Positions 34,736 to 42,913 of a DNA stretch of 58,689 nucleotides are shown here, piece after piece (position 1 is the first letter of the stretch; each line of letters starts with the position of its first letter). A model generated the notes under the pieces. That model ran no database searches, had not been told where the DNA came from, and was given only the letters and a program-made list of their open reading frames with translations. The stretch is from Clostridia bacterium (GTDB lineage Bacteria; Patescibacteriota; Microgenomatia; UM-FILTER-40-11), in assembly GCA_035529915.1 (NCBI GenBank), contig DATKVU010000025.1, forward strand, positions 1-58,689, read 5' to 3'. The position numbers and the translations under genes were made by a program.

Positions 34736-35765
34736 AAAATTTTTCTTTAGCAAAGTCCTGACTTCTCATTTGAGCCTCTTTGGCCAATCGCGATAATTCC
34801 CGAAAGTTCTTAATTAACTCTAAAGTTTTGGTTATTAATTCCGACTTCTCTTGCCACCAAAAGCCATTTTTATTCTCTTCGACAATCTCTTTTTGACCTC
34901 CTTTGCCCTGAACAATCGGTATTGCTCCACTGGCCATTGCCTCGACCGTCGTCATTCCAAAATGCTCCACTCTCGCCGGCTCTCTCTCCTCATCAATTTC
35001 GTACCCGGAAGCGGTCCAAAAGATTTTGGCTTTTCCGTAAAGCTTAACTAATTCTTCAAACGACGGATTTTCTCTGATTTCTATCGGATAGCCCTCCGCC
35101 TTTCTTCTCAACTCCGCCGCAAACGCCCCTCCTCCCACTTCACTCCCGCCAGCCAGAATTAATCGCCACCCTTTTAAGTGACACCCGTCAATTAAATTTT
35201 TAAACACCTCCACTAAGACATCATGTCTTTTTTTTTGCAAAAGTTGGGAGAAACGGCCCACCGAAAGGATCAAATTTTCCTTTTGTAGCGGTTTTAGTGG
35301 AACGATATCAACGGGTGGATAAATCACTTTCGAGCTTATTCCCAAACCTCGATCGACAACTTTCTTAGTAAAAATGGAATTAACAATCACTTGATTAATT
35401 CGACCCAGTTTAACTTGATTTAAAAAACTGCGGTGTAAACTTTTAAAGGGCACCTGAAAGTGCAGCCAATTTTTCCTACCGAACATAAAGGGAACGCTAC
35501 CGTCAGAAAGATAAAAAAGTAGGTCATAGTTTTTCTCAAATTGCCACCGCTGGCAAAGAGTCTTTCGCCAAGGAGCATAGTCAACAAAATTTATTTTCTC
35601 TATTTTCAGTTGAAATTTATCCTGAAGTTTCGGCAAAATCTCTTTCGTCGGCCAAAAAACATCCACTTGCCAACCTTTGGCCAGCAAAGCCTCGGCCAAA
35701 GTCAAACAATATCTTTCCCCGCCGCCCATGGTATCAAGATAAGGGTCAAAGATTCCGGCTTTCAT
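34698..35765 (-). CDS. family 4 (GT-B) glycosyltransferase with ALG11-like N-terminus
   Basis: MKAGIFDPYLDTMGGGERYCLTLAEAL (the GGGER box of ALG11-type mannosyltransferases). C-terminal EHFGMTTVEAMASGAIPIV (E-x7-E). The track ORF starts at 35792; ATG 35765 lies 1 nt after the upstream stop and is preferred. Confidence 0.8.
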   Translation of the reverse strand: MKAGIFDPYLDTMGGGERYCLTLAEALLAKGWQVDVFWPTKEILPKLQDKFQLKIEKINFVDYAPWRKTLCQRWQFEKNYDLLFYLSDGSVPFMFGRKNWLHFQVPFKSLHRSFLNQVKLGRINQVIVNSIFTKKVVDRGLGISSKVIYPPVDIVPLKPLQKENLILSVGRFSQLLQKKRHDVLVEVFKNLIDGCHLKGWRLILAGGSEVGGGAFAAELRRKAEGYPIEIRENPSFEELVKLYGKAKIFWTASGYEIDEEREPARVEHFGMTTVEAMASGAIPIVQGKGGQKEIVEENKNGFWWQEKSELITKTLELIKNFRELSRLAKEAQMRSQDFAKEKFYEKVYDLLSRGD

Positions 35766-35766
35766 T

Positions 35767-37428
35767 TTATGGCGTCTCAAAGCTGCTTCCATAACCCAAT
35801 TGTTTTATCCCTCGATTGGTTATAAAAGCATTAAAAATAATCTTCCGGTCTGGCCCGATTATAGCAAATAATTCGGTGAGAGAGTGAATTTTTATTTGAG
35901 CCGGGGAGATACCGACCACACGAGCAACTAAGATATCTTTTTCAAGGTTATCTTTTCCCCAAACCAGTGGCCTGGCCTCAAAATCCCCCACTTTCGACTG
36001 GTTTTTCCAATCGCCCATCTGATAATATCTACTCAGATCAAAATTGAATTCTTCCTGGACCTTTGCGGGCGGATATTGATTAAAAAAAAGCATTTGGATA
36101 TAAGAAACTCCCACCGGATCATCAATAAGAACTTTTGCTCCAGGAAATTCTTTCAATTCTTCGGCTAATTCTTCATAACCGTAATTCCACTCGAAGTATC
36201 GCTCCTCGGGTAAGAGAAAGAAAATACTTCGCACCAAATAAGCAATTGAAAGTAGAAAAAATACTGATATTAAGGGAACGGCCGCTCTTTTGTTGCTAAT
36301 AACCAGGTATATTTTTTCTATTCCCAAAGAAATCAGAATGACCAAGGGAAAAATTAGCGGCAAGGCCCGCAAAGTAGAAAAAGGGTCACCGGTCAGAGCG
36401 GCCGGAACTGGGACCAAAAATAAAAAAGGAAGAATAATTTTCTTAGAATAATCACCCTCCTTTGCCAACAGCAAATAAAAGCCGAGAAAAAACGGAATCA
36501 CCATCCAGGAGTAAAAAACGCTCAATTCCGGTAAAGACCTTTGCGGGTCAGAATCAGGTTCAAAGAATAGATTGCGCGAAGAAAAATAGGCAGCATACAG
36601 GGACAATGGTTTTCTTAAAACGGAAAAAATCTGGGCAGGATTAGATTCAACTTTCGCGAAATCTTCCGCCTTTATGATTGACAAACTCTCTATGCGATTA
36701 TTACCGGCAGCGAACCGCAAAATAAAAAATTGCGGCAAGGAAACGATAAGGAAAAGAAAGAAAGACAAAAGAACAATTTTCGGCCGGATTTTGGCGTTTT
36801 GACTTTTCTTTTTAGCCAAAATTATTGAAAAAAGTAAGAAAAAAACGGGAGAAAGCAATTTCTCCACAATGTAGGTGTAAGTTGAGAGGCTGTAAATAAA
36901 GGCGGAGGCAAAAAGAAAAATCTTGCTTCCTTTTTCAAAAGCTTTTATCTGCATCAAAAAGGCAGTCAAGAAAAAGAATAAGGCCACATTGGCTTCGAAG
37001 GCGGCTCGGGAAAAAAAGATTGACCAGGGGGAAACGGCAAAAATAAAGGCGCTTAGTAAAGCAAGCCAAAATCTTTTTTCCGAAAAAATCGCCGTAACCA
37101 AAAAGAAAACTACCATCACGGTCAATGAACCGAAAAAGGCAGAAAAGAACCTGGTCGAAAAAACATTCAGCCCCCAAGTCCTGACTGATAAAACCGTCAG
37201 ATAAGTATAAACCGGCATTTTATAATCACCAAAAGAACGAAACATCAAGGGAAAGCTCTTTCCATACTCATCTTTTCCGGTGGTTAAAATTGAGTAAGCA
37301 TTGTAACCAAAAGCGGCCTCATCGCGAAAAACGCCTGTGGGAACGGAGGGAAGCCTGTAAAAACGTAAAAGTATCCCCAAAAGAAAAACAAAAGATAAAA
37401 AGAAGATTTCCTTACTCGATTTTTTCAT
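35767..37428 (-). CDS. PMT_2/ArnT-like GT-C glycosyltransferase, family 1 paralogue (subgroup b)
   Basis: 553 aa with GVFRDEAAFGYNAYSILTTGKDEYGKSFPLMFRSFGDYKMP, VSPWSIFFSRAAFEAN and NLFFEPDSDPQRSLPELSVFYSWMVIPFFLG. C-terminal WNYGYEELAEEL...SYIQMLFFNQYPP. Confidence 0.8.
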   Translation of the reverse strand: MKKSSKEIFFLSFVFLLGILLRFYRLPSVPTGVFRDEAAFGYNAYSILTTGKDEYGKSFPLMFRSFGDYKMPVYTYLTVLSVRTWGLNVFSTRFFSAFFGSLTVMVVFFLVTAIFSEKRFWLALLSAFIFAVSPWSIFFSRAAFEANVALFFFLTAFLMQIKAFEKGSKIFLFASAFIYSLSTYTYIVEKLLSPVFFLLFSIILAKKKSQNAKIRPKIVLLSFFLFLIVSLPQFFILRFAAGNNRIESLSIIKAEDFAKVESNPAQIFSVLRKPLSLYAAYFSSRNLFFEPDSDPQRSLPELSVFYSWMVIPFFLGFYLLLAKEGDYSKKIILPFLFLVPVPAALTGDPFSTLRALPLIFPLVILISLGIEKIYLVISNKRAAVPLISVFFLLSIAYLVRSIFFLLPEERYFEWNYGYEELAEELKEFPGAKVLIDDPVGVSYIQMLFFNQYPPAKVQEEFNFDLSRYYQMGDWKNQSKVGDFEARPLVWGKDNLEKDILVARVVGISPAQIKIHSLTELFAIIGPDRKIIFNAFITNRGIKQLGYGSSFETP

Positions 37429-38117
37429 TTATCCAGTTCGTCAGTTAGCGGAGACGGTTTTCTGCGAGTCGAAATGAAAAAAATCAAACATTCTTTTATA
37501 CCAAAATATATATTAATGACCAAAAACGGGAAGAAAAAAAACGAAAAAGTATCAATTGGTGAAAAGAAAGCTGCGATTAGTAATGAAGACAAAAAATAAA
37601 AAATGCTTAAGAGCTGTTTCCTTTTTAGTGAAAAATACAATCCTATCAAGAAAAGAGGCAACACCAACTCGGGAAACTTCTTAATTTCATCGACTCCCAA
37701 TCTCTCCCTGGGATGAGTGGCAAAAAAATAATAATTGATGTCTATGCCTTCAAATAAATTTTTTTCATAGTTGAAAACATATCGGTTCAATTTATTTTCA
37801 AAAAATCTGCCTAGGAGCGGATTTTGATAGTAAGATCTTCTCTGATTAACACTATAAATATCTAAATCGTTAAGATAAAAAATTGTTTTTGAACCGGGCT
37901 TTAGGAGAATGACCAGAAGTGGCAAAAAAAGTAGTAAGAATTTTGCTGGTCCTTTACGAGCATTAAAAAGTACTAGCAAGCAAGAAATGCCAATCATGAG
38001 CAAAAATTCCCAATATTTGTTTTTAGACCAGAAGCTCCAAATCCAATAGTTACCTAAAAGAGAAAATATAAAAATCAGTAAGGGAAGGCCAAAAGACTTG
38101 AATTGTTTAACTTTCAT
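37425..38117 (-). CDS. small family 1-derived membrane protein (second-loop region only)
   Basis: 230 aa. NYYFFATHPRERLGVDEIKKFPELVLPLFLIGLYFSLK aligns with the FLF-x-GD loop and following helix of the full-length paralogues. No DE loop and no soluble domain. ATGA overlaps on both sides. Confidence 0.55.
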   Translation of the reverse strand: MKVKQFKSFGLPLLIFIFSLLGNYWIWSFWSKNKYWEFLLMIGISCLLVLFNARKGPAKFLLLFLPLLVILLKPGSKTIFYLNDLDIYSVNQRRSYYQNPLLGRFFENKLNRYVFNYEKNLFEGIDINYYFFATHPRERLGVDEIKKFPELVLPLFLIGLYFSLKRKQLLSIFYFLSSLLIAAFFSPIDTFSFFFFPFLVINIYFGIKECLIFFISTRRKPSPLTDELDK

Positions 38118-39730
38118 TTTACTAATTGTAATTTCTTTCGGTCGTCCTCTCGTTTAAGACCAGGGTTAGTCTGATAGCCGTTAAAAATAGCTCTCCCATC
38201 TGAACCAAGTATAGCAAAAGCCTTGGTAAAAAAATGCTCTTTTACTTGGTCAGCCGATACGGCCAAAGGAGTCGCCACTATTAGCTTATTCTCATAGACA
38301 TCCTTTTCCCAGAAAATTCCCCTGACTTCAAAGTTTCTCCAAGAAACTTGCCTTTCCCATTCCCCCAAATCGTAATAACGACTAAGGTCGACTTTCGGTC
38401 TCTCTTGGTGTAAAAAGGCTGGGGGGTATTGTTCAAAAAAAAGCAGTTCAATATACGAACTTCCCAACGGGTCATCGATTAACACCGGCTCTCCTTTTTT
38501 TAACAATTGATCGGCCAACAATTTATAGCCATAACTCCAGGCCGAGAATCGCTCTTTGGGCAAAAGAATGAAGCTATTTCGATAAAGAGAGAAGAAAGAA
38601 ATGCCAATCGTTAAAAAAACTACCAAAATTTTCAACCAGGCCGATTTTAGTTTCTGCCAGCATTGTTCAATACCCAAAGTAATTATTAGGATTAGCGGAA
38701 AAATTAAAGGATAGGCCCTTAGGGCGGAAAAAGGATCGCCGGCAAAAGCGGCCGGCAGGGGGGAAAACAATAAAAATAAAACTATCACCCACTTTCGCCA
38801 ATCTCTCGGCTTCCTCAAAAAAGAGAAAAGCCCCAAAAAAAAGGGGATTACCATCCAAGAGTAGAAAACACTTAGTTGCGGATAAGAACGCTGTAAATCC
38901 GGGTCGGGGTCAAAGAAAAGATTGCGGGGTGAAAAGTAAGATGTGTATCGCGCCAAGAGAAATTTGATTTCCCCGGGTGAGCCCAGAAGGGCTTTTATTC
39001 TCGCCTGTCCGGCAGGAGAAGAAAAAAGCCAAAGCTGAGGTAAAAACAAAAGCAGAAAAACCAGCATCCCCGGCAGAAGTTTGACTAACCTATCCTTTCG
39101 GAAATCAATCCTCAACCACAGAAAAGAAAGAGAGAGAAAAATTATCGGAGACAGGAACCTTTCGGCGTGATAACTGTAAGCGGAAAGAAGGTAAGAAAAA
39201 GCGGCCAAAAAAAAGTAACGGCAGTCGTCCTTCTCGAAAGATAAGAGTTGAAGAAAGACGCCCAAAAGTAGCCAAAAAAGCGCCAGGTTGGCTTCAAAAG
39301 CGGCCCGGGACATAAAGACCGACCAGGGAAGAAAGGAAAAAACAAAGGCAGCCGTCAACCAAAATCCTTTATTTTTTTCGCGAAAAAGGAGTTTGACCAA
39401 TCCGAAAATCAAAAAGATACTTAAAGTCCCGCTCAAAGCGGAGAGGCATCTCACTGAAAAAGTATTCAATCCCAATAGTTTAATCGGCAAAACTGAAAGG
39501 TAAATATAAAGAGGCATCTTATAGTCGGCAAAGGAACGAAAGAAAAGAGGCAGTATTTTGCCATACTCGTCTCTCCCTGTTTCCAAAATGGAATAAGCAT
39601 TATAACCTAAAGCCGCTTCATCAACGTATAACCCCGGAGGATTAGAACCAAGATGGTAAAATCTCAAAAAGAAACCAAGAACAAAAATGAAAAAGAAAAT
39701 TATGAGGTTGAATTTGTTATTTTTTTTCAT
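38114..39730 (-). CDS. PMT_2/ArnT-like GT-C glycosyltransferase, family 1 paralogue (subgroup b)
   Basis: GLYVDEAALGYNAYSILETGRDEYGKILPLFFRSFADYKMP, LPWSVFMSRAAFEAN and NLFFDPDPDLQRSYPQLSVFYSWMVIPFFLG. C-terminal WSYGYKLLADQL...SYIELLFFEQYPP. The track start is 39778; ATG 39730 (MKKNNKFNLIIFFF) is preferred. Confidence 0.8.
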   Translation of the reverse strand: MKKNNKFNLIIFFFIFVLGFFLRFYHLGSNPPGLYVDEAALGYNAYSILETGRDEYGKILPLFFRSFADYKMPLYIYLSVLPIKLLGLNTFSVRCLSALSGTLSIFLIFGLVKLLFREKNKGFWLTAAFVFSFLPWSVFMSRAAFEANLALFWLLLGVFLQLLSFEKDDCRYFFLAAFSYLLSAYSYHAERFLSPIIFLSLSFLWLRIDFRKDRLVKLLPGMLVFLLLFLPQLWLFSSPAGQARIKALLGSPGEIKFLLARYTSYFSPRNLFFDPDPDLQRSYPQLSVFYSWMVIPFFLGLFSFLRKPRDWRKWVIVLFLLFSPLPAAFAGDPFSALRAYPLIFPLILIITLGIEQCWQKLKSAWLKILVVFLTIGISFFSLYRNSFILLPKERFSAWSYGYKLLADQLLKKGEPVLIDDPLGSSYIELLFFEQYPPAFLHQERPKVDLSRYYDLGEWERQVSWRNFEVRGIFWEKDVYENKLIVATPLAVSADQVKEHFFTKAFAILGSDGRAIFNGYQTNPGLKREDDRKKLQLVK

Positions 39731-40499
39731 GAAGATCAGGTTTTGTCTGCATCTCCCAAAGTCGGGCATAGGTGACAAAAACGCTAAAAACCTGATAAAT
39801 TGCTTCGATGATTCCCTCCGTGCCGTCGCGAAAAGCCTGAGATTTAATCATCCGCTTAAAAAATTCCCTGGCCATCGCTGAGGAAAAACGGGTAACGGTC
39901 ATCGGAGGATGATTAGCTTCATAAAGCTTTTGGGCTTCGATTTTCGACCAGTTAATCGTATTTTGCAATTTGTGTTCAAAGCTACCCCGATGACTAAAGT
40001 GAACCAAAGCCTCTTTGAGATAACCAATTTCTCCTTCCACTACCGGCTGCTCGTGTAAATCTCCCTCCCAAGCCACCAGTTTCTCTTTTTTAATTAAGCG
40101 GATAACATAATCCGGCCACCAGCCACCCCAATGAAGTTCCTTGGTCAGGCGGATATTACGACGAGGAATAGCATAAGCCGCCGGGTTATCCTTTTTACTT
40201 ATTACCTCCTCGATTTCTTTTTTGAGTATCGGCGTTACCCGCTCATCGGCATCGACATACAAAAGCCAGTCGCCCTTGGCTGCTTCTGCCCCCAAATTTC
40301 TTCTTTCGGAAAAAGTATTTTCTGCCCCTGACTGAATTATATTTTTGATACCGAATTTCTTAACTATTCCCAGGGTATTATCCGTGGAACCATTATCAAC
40401 CACCACTATCTCATCTGCCCACTTAACTGACTCCAGACAATCCAAAATGACTTCTTCTTCATTCTTCGTCAAGATGATGACAGAAATTTTCGGTTTCAT
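39717..40499 (-). CDS. family 2 glycosyltransferase, WaaE/LgtF-like subgroup
   Basis: 260 aa with ISVIILTKNEEEVILDCLESV, EIVVVDNGSTDNT, LYVDADE, GGWWPDYVIRLI and a C-terminal FRDGTEGIIEAIYQVFSVFVTYARLWE. Confidence 0.8.
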   Translation of the reverse strand: MKPKISVIILTKNEEEVILDCLESVKWADEIVVVDNGSTDNTLGIVKKFGIKNIIQSGAENTFSERRNLGAEAAKGDWLLYVDADERVTPILKKEIEEVISKKDNPAAYAIPRRNIRLTKELHWGGWWPDYVIRLIKKEKLVAWEGDLHEQPVVEGEIGYLKEALVHFSHRGSFEHKLQNTINWSKIEAQKLYEANHPPMTVTRFSSAMAREFFKRMIKSQAFRDGTEGIIEAIYQVFSVFVTYARLWEMQTKPDLHEKK

Positions 40500-40517
40500 A
40501 ACTTTGACCTTTTACTG

Positions 40518-41450
40518 TTAATTCCAGCTACCCTTACCAAATCTACCCAGATAAAAATCTCTAACACCAATCTTCTGCCATTCTCTACCCTTTAAAAGTA
40601 ACCGACCACTTTCCTTAACAAGAGCCAGTTTTGCCCGCCAGGGTGCCCAACGAAAACCGAAAAGTAAGCGATTGCGCGTCAAAAAATAATCGTGAAGACT
40701 GGAACCGGCACCGGAGGAACCAGCATTAAGGTGCCAAATTTTTGCCTGAGGCGCATAAAAAAGCTTAAAACCAGCTTTTTTGGCCCGTTGACAAAAATCG
40801 TTTTCTTCAAAATACAAATAATATTTTGGGTCAAAAAAACCGATTTCCTCAAAAACCTCTCTCTTTACCAACATCAGACAGCCATTGACATACTCTGTCT
40901 CTATCACTGTCTCATACTGACCCTTATCAACCTCATCCACGCCGCGATGAGAAGCATAAACATTCTGCCAATCCATTTTGCCCCCCGCATACCAAATAAC
41001 TTTGCCTAAATCTTTTTTTTGATATCTCTCTTTGTAAAACTCGTATCCTTTCTCAAAATAGATTTTTCCGCCGACAATACCAATTTTTTCTCCGGCATCG
41101 GCCGCTTTTATTAATTGAACTAAAAAATCCGGCGACACCCGCGTGTCATTGTTAAGAAGACAAATATAATCTGCCTCATTTGCTAAACTATACCTGAGTC
41201 CCACATTATTTCCCTCTGCAAATCCCAAATTCTCTTTACTTTCAATCAGATAAAATTTTAATCCGTTAATTTTTGAATTCGTTAATTCTTTAATTTTTTC
41301 AACTGAGCCATCAACAGAACCGTTATCTACTATTACTACGTTTAAATTAATTCCCTTTATCTTTGCCTTGGCAATTGACGCCAAGCAATTAGCTGTCATT
41401 TGCCAAGCATTCCAGTTTAAAACAATTAAAAAAACTCGCTTATTTCCCAT
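40518..41450 (-). CDS. family 2 glycosyltransferase (WbbL/rhamnosyltransferase-like subgroup)
   Basis: VFLIVLNWNAWQMTANCLASI, VVIVDNGSVDGS, NLGFAEGNNVG, LLNNDTRV and YYLYFEENDFCQRAKKAGFKL. The track start is TTG 41465; ATG 41450 overlaps the upstream stop by 11 nt. Confidence 0.8.
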   Translation of the reverse strand: MGNKRVFLIVLNWNAWQMTANCLASIAKAKIKGINLNVVIVDNGSVDGSVEKIKELTNSKINGLKFYLIESKENLGFAEGNNVGLRYSLANEADYICLLNNDTRVSPDFLVQLIKAADAGEKIGIVGGKIYFEKGYEFYKERYQKKDLGKVIWYAGGKMDWQNVYASHRGVDEVDKGQYETVIETEYVNGCLMLVKREVFEEIGFFDPKYYLYFEENDFCQRAKKAGFKLFYAPQAKIWHLNAGSSGAGSSLHDYFLTRNRLLFGFRWAPWRAKLALVKESGRLLLKGREWQKIGVRDFYLGRFGKGSWN

Positions 41451-42024
41451 CTTCACAAAAAGCAATTAACCAAGGAAATACTCTTTTTACCCTCACCTTA
41501 TTGTAGTGCTTTCTTAAAAGTTGTTCAAAACTAACGAGATTCCAAAAATTAACATGGTCTGGGTGCCTTCCTTTGGTTTTTAAGTAGCTGCCGGAAGCCA
41601 AGGAAACCAAAGAAAACCAAGGCTCGGAAGGGACAGAGAAAATTGCTTTTTTCGCCACTTTTTTGACCTCTTTTATGGCTTTCTCCGGCTCTTTCAAATG
41701 TTCTAAAACTTCCAGGATTAAAGCCAAATCAAACTCAGCCGGTTTAAAATTCAGCTTAAAAACATCGCCCAGACAATATTCAATTTTGGGGTTTTGCTCT
41801 TTGGCTTTTTTCAAAACCTGCGAACCAATATCAACTCCAACTAATTTTATCTTTGGCAACTGAGAGCAAATAACTTTATCTGGATAGCCTTCGCCACAGC
41901 CAATATCTATTACTTTTTTTACCTTTGACCTTCTGATAACTCTGATAGTTTCTTTTAAAAGCTGGCCAATAAAAATCTTTTTAACCGGATGGCGATATTT
42001 TTTCTCATCTTGACTTTTCTTCAT
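41440..42024 (-). CDS. class I SAM-dependent methyltransferase
   Basis: 194 aa with motif I VIDIGCGEGY and DLALILEVLEHLKEPEKAIKEV. ATG sits 1 nt after the upstream stop. Confidence 0.8.
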   Translation of the reverse strand: MKKSQDEKKYRHPVKKIFIGQLLKETIRVIRRSKVKKVIDIGCGEGYPDKVICSQLPKIKLVGVDIGSQVLKKAKEQNPKIEYCLGDVFKLNFKPAEFDLALILEVLEHLKEPEKAIKEVKKVAKKAIFSVPSEPWFSLVSLASGSYLKTKGRHPDHVNFWNLVSFEQLLRKHYNKVRVKRVFPWLIAFCEDGK

Positions 42025-42025
42025 C

Positions 42026-42913
42026 CTAATTGACTTTTTCCCGAGTATGAAATATTAATTCGGCCAGAAGACCTGAAGTAAAAAGCTGAATTCCGGTAAT
42101 AATCAGCAATATTCCCAAAAACAAAAGCGGCCGACTGCCAATCACCTGACCAGAAAACCAAAGAATAGTCAGATAAAAACAGATAACAATTCCCAAGCCA
42201 ATCATTAATCCTCCCAAGAAACCAAAAAGATGGAGAGGGCGAGTTTTGAAATTAGTCAAAAACAAAATCGTAAAAAGGTCAAAAAAACCCCGGATGAACT
42301 TGGAAATTCCGTATTTAGAAGTGCCATATCTCCGGGAAGCATGAGAAACTTCAACTTCAGTTACCCGAAAACCCTCTTTAGCCGCTAAAACCGGAATAAA
42401 ACGATAAAGGTCTCCGTAAAGATTGAGATTTTCAATCACCTCACGACGATAAACTTTTAAACCACAGTTAATATCGTGAAGGTTGGTTTGGGTAGTTAGA
42501 TTCACCAGCCAGTTAAAAAAATGAGAAAAAATTACCTTAAGGAAAGGATCGTTTCTTTTTTTCTTCCAGCCACAGACTAAGTCAAATCCTTCTTTTAGTT
42601 TTAAAAGAAGTTTCTTAATTTCCTCGGGTTGATCCTGTAAATCAGCGTCTAAAGTAACAATGATCTCTCCTTTAGCGGCAGCAAATCCCATCATCAGTGC
42701 TTTTGATTTCCCCTGATTTCTTCTTAAATGCACTGTTCTCACTCTTGAGTCGCTTTCCCTAAATTTTTCTATTAAATCTCCTGAGCTGTCGGTTGAGCCA
42801 TCGTCGATAAAAATCAACTCGAACTTATGATTCTTGAGAACCTGTTTAATCCTCTGGCACAGCTCCTCAAGGCTTTCTTTCTCGTTAAAAACAGGAACAA
42901 CAATAGAAATCAT
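42026..42913 (-). CDS. GtrB/CsbB/ArnC-like polyprenyl-phosphate glycosyltransferase (GT2 with two C-terminal TM helices)
   Basis: 295 aa with ISIVVPVFNEKESLEEL, LIFIDDGSTDSS, RNQGKSKAL, TLDADLQDQPEE and RRYGTSKYG, then two hydrophobic helices (LHLFGFLGGLMIGLGIVICFYL; LLFLGILLIITGIQLFTSGLLAELI). Confidence 0.85.
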   Translation of the reverse strand: MISIVVPVFNEKESLEELCQRIKQVLKNHKFELIFIDDGSTDSSGDLIEKFRESDSRVRTVHLRRNQGKSKALMMGFAAAKGEIIVTLDADLQDQPEEIKKLLLKLKEGFDLVCGWKKKRNDPFLKVIFSHFFNWLVNLTTQTNLHDINCGLKVYRREVIENLNLYGDLYRFIPVLAAKEGFRVTEVEVSHASRRYGTSKYGISKFIRGFFDLFTILFLTNFKTRPLHLFGFLGGLMIGLGIVICFYLTILWFSGQVIGSRPLLFLGILLIITGIQLFTSGLLAELIFHTREKVN

